Position numbers and translations under genes: made by a program. From the sequence record NC_106721.1: a stretch of 64,000 nucleotides of DNA. One strand, written 5' to 3'. Source of the DNA: Escherichia phage EC148. This document shows positions 8,891-15,682 of this stretch, piece by piece. The notes beneath the pieces were generated by a model. That model saw only the letters and a list, made by a program, of their open reading frames with translations. It made no database searches and was not told the DNA's origin. How positions within the stretch are numbered: position 1 is the first letter of the stretch; each line of letters opens with the position of its first letter.

Positions 8891-9652
8891 TTACACCTTC
8901 CCCATGTCTTTAAAGATGTCATAGAATGCTTTAGACTCAACAGAACGAACGTTATCAATCAATTCGATCATTGAGAATGGGGCATTTTCGTATTTCTCAT
9001 AGACTTCCATAAGGAGTGCTAGACCTGAGTCACCTTTAATGTCTTTCTGAGCTATATCTCCGCAGATAATTAAACGGCAGTCTTGCCCTACACGAGTTAG
9101 AAGACAAATCATTGCCTCAACGGAAATATTCTGAGCTTCATCGACAATTACATAGGAGTTGTTGAAAGTTCTGCCACGAGCATGTTCGACAGCCAAAAAT
9201 TTAATTTTCTGACGTTCGACATATCCCTTATAGGCATGATCGCCGATGGCCCATTTCATACCATCAGCTATTGGCTCCAACCAAGGCTCTAGCTTTTCTG
9301 CTAGATCACCAGGAAGCATACCAAGAGACTTACCTAGAGGTTCATTAGGACGTACGAGGATCACTTGCTCAATATCTGAGTGAATGTCTACGAGTTCCTG
9401 AGCTGCAAGAACGGACGGAATAAAGGTTTTACCAGTACCTGGCTCACCGATGCCCACAGTCACTGTGTTGTTCTTGATCATATTGATATATGATTTTTGC
9501 TCGCGGTTTTTACCTACTAGGGATTTAGCAACTGGGTTAGCGTAATCATTAGAAAAATCAGCCTGAATTACGTTATTCTCATACTTGTTGCCACGCTTTC
9601 TTGAACCATTGCGGTTCTCTCTTTTTTGACGTGCTTTTCCCATAAATAACAC
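8891..9652 (-). CDS. phoH: PhoH-like ATPase
   Basis: 253 aa; Walker A GEPGTGKTF; typical PhoH length. Confidence 0.85.
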   Translation of the reverse strand: MLFMGKARQKRENRNGSRKRGNKYENNVIQADFSNDYANPVAKSLVGKNREQKSYINMIKNNTVTVGIGEPGTGKTFIPSVLAAQELVDIHSDIEQVILVRPNEPLGKSLGMLPGDLAEKLEPWLEPIADGMKWAIGDHAYKGYVERQKIKFLAVEHARGRTFNNSYVIVDEAQNISVEAMICLLTRVGQDCRLIICGDIAQKDIKGDSGLALLMEVYEKYENAPFSMIELIDNVRSVESKAFYDIFKDMGKV

Positions 9653-9716
9653 TCCTATAGTGTACTTCGCTAACAGAGGATCAACAAAAAGATCTTGTTT
9701 ATCAACTTACAAATAT

Positions 9717-9745
9717 ATTATACCAATATATACAGTAAAAAGCAA
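9717..9745 (-). promoter_or_regulatory. T5-type early promoter upstream of phoH (TTGCTT-17-TATAAT)
   Basis: Minus strand; divergent from the nrdD promoter. Confidence 0.65.
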
Positions 9746-9937
9746 CTACAATTTTAAATAAGCCTATGATATTGCATTTAAATAAAAAATTTGCTTGCTT
9801 TTAACGTGAGATGTGTGATACTAGATAATCATTTTATATCGCGTGCACGAGTGCGTGATTATACAATTTTTAATAGAGATTGGCAAATAAAATTTTTTGA
9901 CTCAGATCATGTTACAGAACTTTATAGTAAAATATTG

Positions 9938-9966
9938 TTGACATCCACCCTCGAATGAGTTATAAT
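9938..9966 (+). promoter_or_regulatory. consensus sigma70 promoter upstream of nrdD (TTGACA-17-TATAAT)
   Basis: Perfect -35 and -10 hexamers with a 17-nt spacer. Confidence 0.75.
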
Positions 9967-9995
9967 AGTAGTCTTAGTTAGAGAAGGAGAGTATA

Positions 9996-11870
9996 ATGAA
10001 TCGCAATGAAGAACTAAAGTATAAAGAAATGCAGGCGTTAATTAGAAACTGCAAAGAGATTATCGAAGGGTCAGCAGATGAAGAGCTGCTGTTTAATAAT
10101 GCCAATAAACCCTCAGAACGTTTCCCTACACAGAGGGATATGCTTGCAGGTGAATTGAGTAAGTATCTGATTCTAGAAGAAATGCCAATTCAGATTCGAA
10201 ATGCTCATATGATTGGGGATATTCATTTCCATGATGCTGATTATGCTGCATTAGGCATGACTAATTGTTGTCTGGTAGCTCTGGAAGATATGTTGAAGAA
10301 TGGTATGAAGGTTGGTAATGCTGAAATTAGCACTCCAAACTCTATCACTACTGCGGCAGCTATTACAGCTCAGATTATCACACAGGTTAGCTCCCATCAG
10401 TATGGTGGTACTTCCGTGGATCGCCTTGATGAAGTATTAGCTCCTTATGTTCGTAAATCCTATGACAAAAATCATGCGTTTGCAAAACGTTGGACTAAAG
10501 ATGAGGCCAAAGCATCAGTAATGGCTACGGAGATGACTGAAAAAGAAGTTTATGATGCCTGTCAGGGTCTAGAATATGAAATCAATACCATGTTCAACTC
10601 TAATGGTCAGAGTCCATTTATTACCTTTGGTTTTGGTCTAGGAACTTCTTGGGAAGCACGTCTAGTACAGAAAGCAATACTGAAAGTACGCATGGATGGC
10701 TTAGGTATCAATAAACGTACAGCTATCTTCCCGAAACTGGTATTTGTACTTCGTGATGGCGTTAACATGAAACCAGGAGATGTTAATTATGACATCAAGA
10801 AGTTAGCTATGAAATGTACTGCTGAACGTATGTATCCAGATTATATCAGCTATGATAAGGTTGTGGAAGTTACTGGTGACTATAAAGTTTCTATGGGCTG
10901 CCGTTCATTCCTAGCTGCTACAGAAGATGGTGAAACTGCCGGTCGTAATAACTTAGGTGTTGTTTCTGTAAACTTGCCTAGAATTGCTATCGAAGCTGAA
11001 GGAAATATTGATCTATTCTTTGATTTGCTTGAGCTACGTGTGGATACAGCATTAAAAGCGTTGGAGTGGAGAGTTGATCGCTTAAAATACATTCAAGCTA
11101 AAGCTGCACCCATCCTCTATATGTCAGGAGCCTTTGGACTGCGCTTGGAGCCTGATGAATACGTATTCGATCATTTCTATAACCGTGCTTCTGTATCTCT
11201 AGGATATATTGGTTGTCATGAAATGCTACAGTTCATGTTTGGCAAAGATGTAGACACAATGTCCGAGACCAGCATCAAGTTTGTTCAGCGTGTATTGCAG
11301 TACATGCGAGATAGAGTCGATCAGAAGAAGGAAGAAACTAAGTTAGGTTATAGCCTGTATGCTACACCGTCAGAGTCCCTGTGTGATAGGTTTTGCCGTT
11401 TAGATCGTGAATATTTCCCGGAGCATGAAGATATTCTGTCCAAAGGATACTACACTAACTCTCACCACCTTGATGTGGAACGTAAAGTTGCTCCCAATGT
11501 GAAATTTGATTATGAATCTAACTTTACTCCGATTGCTTCTGGTGGGTGTATTTCCTATGTAGAACTACCGGATATGAAACGATTCCCAGATGCACTAGAA
11601 TGGGTTATTAATTATGCTGCTAGTAAAGTTCATTACTTCGGTATTAATACTCCAGTGGATTCTTGTGGTAAATGTGGATTCTTAGGTGAAACAATAGCAT
11701 CCGAAGATGGATTTAAGTGCCCTATCTGTGGTAATCATGACCCCGAAACTCTTGAAGTAACTCGTCGAGTTTGTGGGTATCTTGGAAATCCAGGTGCTCG
11801 TCCATTTAACCCAGGCAAACAGCATGAGGTTATGGGCAGGGTGAAACATCAGGATATTCGAGCTAAGTAA
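9996..11870 (+). CDS. nrdD: anaerobic ribonucleoside-triphosphate reductase (class III)
   Basis: 624 aa; C-terminal glycyl-radical motif RVCGYLG and Zn ribbon CGKCGF...CPICG; consensus promoter and AAGGAG RBS upstream. Confidence 0.9.
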   Translation: MNRNEELKYKEMQALIRNCKEIIEGSADEELLFNNANKPSERFPTQRDMLAGELSKYLILEEMPIQIRNAHMIGDIHFHDADYAALGMTNCCLVALEDMLKNGMKVGNAEISTPNSITTAAAITAQIITQVSSHQYGGTSVDRLDEVLAPYVRKSYDKNHAFAKRWTKDEAKASVMATEMTEKEVYDACQGLEYEINTMFNSNGQSPFITFGFGLGTSWEARLVQKAILKVRMDGLGINKRTAIFPKLVFVLRDGVNMKPGDVNYDIKKLAMKCTAERMYPDYISYDKVVEVTGDYKVSMGCRSFLAATEDGETAGRNNLGVVSVNLPRIAIEAEGNIDLFFDLLELRVDTALKALEWRVDRLKYIQAKAAPILYMSGAFGLRLEPDEYVFDHFYNRASVSLGYIGCHEMLQFMFGKDVDTMSETSIKFVQRVLQYMRDRVDQKKEETKLGYSLYATPSESLCDRFCRLDREYFPEHEDILSKGYYTNSHHLDVERKVAPNVKFDYESNFTPIASGGCISYVELPDMKRFPDALEWVINYAASKVHYFGINTPVDSCGKCGFLGETIASEDGFKCPICGNHDPETLEVTRRVCGYLGNPGARPFNPGKQHEVMGRVKHQDIRAK

Positions 11871-11878
11871 GCTAATCA

Positions 11879-11910
11879 GCCGGGTTGCTAGTCGACCTGG
11901 CTTTTATTTT
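11879..11910 (+). terminator. intrinsic terminator after nrdD
   Basis: Stem GCCGGGU/ACCUGGC with 9-nt loop, then TTTTATTTT. Confidence 0.65.
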
Positions 11911-11912
11911 AT

Positions 11913-11941
11913 TTGCTTTCAGCCAAAAATTTATATATAAT
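11913..11941 (+). promoter_or_regulatory. T5-type early promoter (TTGCTT-17-TATAAT)
   Basis: Followed by AGATTTATAAATTTGAGAGGAG. Confidence 0.7.
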
Positions 11942-11969
11942 AGATTTATAAATTTGAGAGGAGAAAGAT

Positions 11970-12350
11970 ATGGAATTAAAGCCCTATATAGTTGAATCTA
12001 CATGTGGTAGTTTCCATCTGGGTGTAGATGATATTGCTGAGGCTGTCTTTGCTGCCACAGGTGATTACTCGCATATAGAGGGTGTTGGATACCCTACCAT
12101 TATTGGCGATTGGGTGGGAACAAATCTAGATGTATCGCCTTATAACCCATATTGCTTGTTTGATGAAGACAGAGATGAAGTAAAATGTAATCTTGAATTT
12201 GTGTATAATAGAGTGTTAAAAGTATACCAACGTAGCCCCAATGGGTACGAAGATATTACTTGGAGTATTAAACAGTATCTTAAAGATGTATACTCTAGTT
12301 TTTCTGACGAAGACCTAGAAACAGTTGCAGTGGAGTTTAATAATGACTAA
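11970..12350 (+). CDS. hypothetical acidic protein (126 aa)
   Basis: ORF track; T5-type promoter 11913-11941 and GAGGAG RBS. Confidence 0.5.
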   Translation: MELKPYIVESTCGSFHLGVDDIAEAVFAATGDYSHIEGVGYPTIIGDWVGTNLDVSPYNPYCLFDEDRDEVKCNLEFVYNRVLKVYQRSPNGYEDITWSIKQYLKDVYSSFSDEDLETVAVEFNND

Positions 12351-12549
12351 GAATGTGAAACACCTTAAATATCGCTTAATTTACAACGGACGTATGGAAA
12401 CAGAAGATCTGGCCCAATTAGCTATTAACTCTAATGAGGTTACAGTGCGTGCACTGGCAATTGAAAAGTTGCGTGCCTCTTATGAAAATCGTGTTATGGA
12501 ACTAGAGGAGAAACTTTATGGCATTCTCGAAGCCGATACTACCAGATAA
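12343..12549 (+). CDS. hypothetical protein (68 aa)
   Basis: ATG at 12343 overlaps the upstream stop (TAATG); the ORF-track start at 12325 is less likely. Confidence 0.4.
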   Translation: MTKNVKHLKYRLIYNGRMETEDLAQLAINSNEVTVRALAIEKLRASYENRVMELEEKLYGILEADTTR

Positions 12550-12739
12550 GGGTTTAAACTCCGCTTTGGAAAATGCATTAATGCAGCAGTGGGAAACTGG
12601 CTATAAGGATGGTGTTGAATCCTGCGCTACTATGCTAGAAGTTATTGCTAATACCTTAATGGAGAAAGGCAATAAAGAATTAGCTGAGCTATTAGACAGT
12701 ATTGGGCAAAACTTCAGAGAACAGGTGAAAAATGCGTAG
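12518..12739 (+). CDS. hypothetical protein (73 aa)
   Basis: ORF track; GGAGAAA RBS upstream. Confidence 0.45.
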   Translation: MAFSKPILPDKGLNSALENALMQQWETGYKDGVESCATMLEVIANTLMEKGNKELAELLDSIGQNFREQVKNA

Positions 12740-13568
12740 ATTAATTATTATTAGTGGTGCGGGTTTGAGTGTTGAAAGTGGTGTACGAGCCTTCCGTACT
12801 GATACTGCTAGTGGTAAAGCATTGTGGGATGACTATGATCTAGAAGAAGTATGTAATATTCATGCCTTTCGTGGTAATTTTTATCATAAAACCCATATGT
12901 TTTACAACAAGCGTCGTGAAGAGCTAAAAACTGTTGAACCCAATCTTGCGCATTTGCGTATTGGTGAATGGTATAAACAATATCCAGGTCAAGTAGTAAA
13001 CTTGACTACCAACGTTGATGACCTTATTGAGCGTGCTGGCGTTCCACATAGTGACATTCTGCATATTCACGGATATTTAAAAGAGGTTGTTGTAGCTGAT
13101 AGCTACAATAGTAGCAATAAACGGATTATTGATGTAGGATACAATTCTATTGATCCAGATGATTATAAATGGGTTAAACCTAATGTAATCTTCTTTGGAG
13201 AGCATGCTCCTGCATACGCAGAAATGTATAATGTTTTTGACGGTATTACCAGTCAAGATATGATCATTGTGGTTGGTTGCTCTAACCAAGTAATTAACTT
13301 CTACTGGGAATTATTTCCTGTTCTTAATAGGACTGCTGCGAAATTTATGGTAGTTAACTACTATGATAGTGCCCTCGCGGCGGAACCGGGCTATCAAGGT
13401 ATGACTCGTAGTGAGATGTACCAGCTGGAAGAACGTGGTGTCCCTTACTGGAGTAAAGGTGCGGTAGATGCTTTTAGTGATCCTGATTTTATTGCTCGTG
13501 TAGAAGCTCATTTAGAGGGTAGACCTTATGTGTCGAGAAGCAAGGGAAACAGATATGTCCATAGTTAA
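12732..13568 (+). CDS. Sir2-family protein (NAD+-dependent deacylase or NADase fold) without the zinc ribbon
   Basis: Motifs GAGLSVESGVRAFR, PNLAHLRI, TTNVDDL, HIHG, VIFFGE and IIVVGCS match sirtuin Rossmann-fold signatures; no 2xCxxC Zn module present. Confidence 0.75.
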   Translation: MRRLIIISGAGLSVESGVRAFRTDTASGKALWDDYDLEEVCNIHAFRGNFYHKTHMFYNKRREELKTVEPNLAHLRIGEWYKQYPGQVVNLTTNVDDLIERAGVPHSDILHIHGYLKEVVVADSYNSSNKRIIDVGYNSIDPDDYKWVKPNVIFFGEHAPAYAEMYNVFDGITSQDMIIVVGCSNQVINFYWELFPVLNRTAAKFMVVNYYDSALAAEPGYQGMTRSEMYQLEERGVPYWSKGAVDAFSDPDFIARVEAHLEGRPYVSRSKGNRYVHS

Positions 13569-13737
13569 ATCTGTGTATACACACCCCGATGATATATTTG
13601 TATGGGCGGATGGTAGTTGGTGCTATCGCTGTGAGCTGTGGGAGATGGACTATAAATCCGATGACTATGGTGTTATATATGTTGATACGGTTGAGTATGA
13701 TACGTTCTTAGAAAGGAACAAAAATGGAAATAAGTAA
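13555..13737 (+). CDS. hypothetical small protein (60 aa)
   Basis: ATG at 13555 (MSIVKSVY...); overlaps both neighbours; start uncertain. Confidence 0.35.
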   Translation: MSIVKSVYTHPDDIFVWADGSWCYRCELWEMDYKSDDYGVIYVDTVEYDTFLERNKNGNK

Positions 13738-14230
13738 TACTCCAATTATTTTTCTAGATATTGATGGGGTGCTCAATTCGAGCATCTCCCACCATCATGC
13801 ACCTGATGACGAAAAGATTTTCTTTGGAAGTGATTGGGTTTTCAAACCGCTTCTCAAGGCTTTTCAGGACTTTATTCGTCCTTCTCCGATAATGATTGTT
13901 GGAGTATCCTCATGGTTCTCTGTCAGGAATGAGATGGAGAACGTTCAGATTATGACCGGATTAGGTCTTATCGATCGTTTTCTTGGTACAACGGATTTTA
14001 CTGGGGGTGGATTATCTAGGGGTAATTCTGTTCTTCGCTTCGTTGAAAAGCATAAGCTCAAACATTGGTGTGTTCTGGATGACGCTGGTGCTATGATGTA
14101 CCAGTATCCAACGGTTATAGTCAACGGTAGAACTGGAATAAATCTTCAAGATTTAATGGCTGTTAGCTATATGCTAGAATTTAGTCCAGATCTTGAAATG
14201 TGTAAAGCCCTACAACAATTTAAGGTGTAA
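13724..14230 (+). CDS. HAD-superfamily phosphatase-like protein
   Basis: 168 aa; motif I FLDIDGVLN (DxDG), motif II VGVSSW, motif IV VLDDAG. Confidence 0.6.
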   Translation: MEISNTPIIFLDIDGVLNSSISHHHAPDDEKIFFGSDWVFKPLLKAFQDFIRPSPIMIVGVSSWFSVRNEMENVQIMTGLGLIDRFLGTTDFTGGGLSRGNSVLRFVEKHKLKHWCVLDDAGAMMYQYPTVIVNGRTGINLQDLMAVSYMLEFSPDLEMCKALQQFKV

Positions 14231-14232
14231 AT

Positions 14233-14661
14233 ATGTTCAATAATGTATTCTCTAAAGAAGCTAACCCAATTTTGGTTAACTTTTGGCGTACTCTACCGGC
14301 TAGCCTGTATAATGAGGCTATTAACTCCTTGAAAATATGGTGTGAGAATAACGAAATCTCCTTTGCTTTTAAAGATGATATTGATGAGGCCCCCTGTATT
14401 GGTTTAATTGTGCAGGTAGAGGATGGTCTTGAAGAGATTGTGGGCTGGAAAGAGTTAGACGAAATGGGCTTAGTTTTTGCGTTAAATTATAAGCTGTTTA
14501 TGCCTGCTAAGCATCGCCTTGTTGTTAACTATAAAACTAGTGAATCTCCTGGTTTTCAGGTTAATGAACGTTATGGTTGGTCTTACTCACCGGAAGAAGT
14601 AAATGAGGGGATTCAGAAACTTCGACGTTTCGGGTATATGATCCCAGGTTTAACTGCTTAA
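14233..14661 (+). CDS. hypothetical protein (142 aa), paralog of the next gene
   Basis: Shares ...PC[IV]G...W.EL..MGL[IV].ALN..LF.P...PGL[TN] with 14671..15063. Confidence 0.55.
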   Translation: MFNNVFSKEANPILVNFWRTLPASLYNEAINSLKIWCENNEISFAFKDDIDEAPCIGLIVQVEDGLEEIVGWKELDEMGLVFALNYKLFMPAKHRLVVNYKTSESPGFQVNERYGWSYSPEEVNEGIQKLRRFGYMIPGLTA

Positions 14662-14670
14662 GGAGGCAGA

Positions 14671-15063
14671 ATGGAACAAGTATATTGGCGTCAGATTGAT
14701 CCTAGTTTGGTGAAACGTGCGGAGAAGCTGCTACAACGTTGGTTGGGGGTAAGACAAGCCTCCTTCACTTTTCCGGAGCAGCAAATAGATGATCCCTGTG
14801 TTGGTGTTTTCCTATCCGGCTACGCGGGGGAATGGGAGTTGGATTGGAATGAGTTGTCTGCTATGGGTTTAATTGTTGCCCTAAATTTCTCTTTGTTCCA
14901 CCCACGTGGTTTGGCCATATGTCGTGTGTCGGATGATGGTTGTTCGCCCCATCTTTTACAGGTGGAAGATGATATTTGGGAGTACACTCCAGATATTCTC
15001 AAAGAAGCTAAAGAACAATTAAACCGTGTTGGGATTTATGTTCCAGGCTTAAATGATGAATGA
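14671..15063 (+). CDS. hypothetical protein (130 aa), paralog of the previous gene
   Basis: Tandem duplicate of 14233..14661; AGGAGG RBS; followed by an intrinsic terminator. Confidence 0.55.
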   Translation: MEQVYWRQIDPSLVKRAEKLLQRWLGVRQASFTFPEQQIDDPCVGVFLSGYAGEWELDWNELSAMGLIVALNFSLFHPRGLAICRVSDDGCSPHLLQVEDDIWEYTPDILKEAKEQLNRVGIYVPGLNDE

Positions 15064-15086
15064 TTTTTATTAGCTGAACTCTGATT

Positions 15087-15112
15087 ACCGAGTCATTTTG
15101 GCTCGGTTTTAT
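15087..15112 (+). terminator. intrinsic terminator after the accessory cluster
   Basis: Stem ACCGAG/CTCGGT with 9-nt loop, then TTTTA. Confidence 0.55.
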
Positions 15113-15154
15113 CCGTACTCAAGACCAATGATAGCACCATCCGGAAAATTTTAC

Positions 15155-15183
15155 TTGCAGGATGCCCAAAATCTTGATATAAT
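15155..15183 (+). promoter_or_regulatory. T5-type early promoter (TTGCAG-17-TGaTATAAT) heading a ~500-nt untranslated region
   Basis: Extended -10 TG present; conserved ATTTATATTGAATTGAGAGAC downstream; no ORF for ~500 nt. Confidence 0.6.
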
Positions 15184-15682
15184 ATTTATATTGAATTGAG
15201 AGACATTAGTAAAAATTGATTTTGCTAATTTTTCTTGTTTACAATCCGCGATACGGAACAGTTAGGCTGCCCCATTAAGGGTTGTTTTAACTGTTACGTG
15301 TTAGTTTTTAAACAAATAGTTAATAGAATACTTAGCGATCTGCGTCCCATAGGAACCCTGGTAAGGCCTCGAAGCAACCTAGTATGAGGTGGTTGTGAAG
15401 TGAGATGGGAGGAGTGAAAAACTCCGAGACGTGATTCTGTAAGTTATATTGCATCTAGTATGAGCTAGTATATGAAGCATTAGGTGAGCAAATCTGGCTT
15501 AGCGGCCATCCTCAAGGATTTGTGCGATATAGCAAAGCAGCAGCGCAGCGTGAAAGTGGAAGTTGCCACCCCCCTTCAGTATTTGCGATTAATTTGTTGA
15601 GAAATTGACAGTAACAGTTGTTCTATTCTTTCTGAATAGTCCTAAAGAAAACTTATTTTATTTCCAACACAGGAGTATTGTT

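Noticed and set aside
9653-9995. NrdR-box operator upstream of nrdD
   Set aside because: Only a short CGTGCACG palindrome (around 9842-9860) is present; no pair of 16-bp NrdR-like boxes with the expected spacing.
15605-15682. TTG start for the D2-like gene as given by the ORF track
   Set aside because: No RBS; the GTG at 15683 has AGGAG 7 nt upstream and the extension encodes a hydrophobic low-complexity stretch.
15184-15682. Possible tRNA gene or genes in the long non-coding region
   Set aside because: No T-loop-like GTTCRA motif, no acceptor-stem and CCA pattern, and no cloverleaf could be drawn by hand; left as an unexplained structured region instead.
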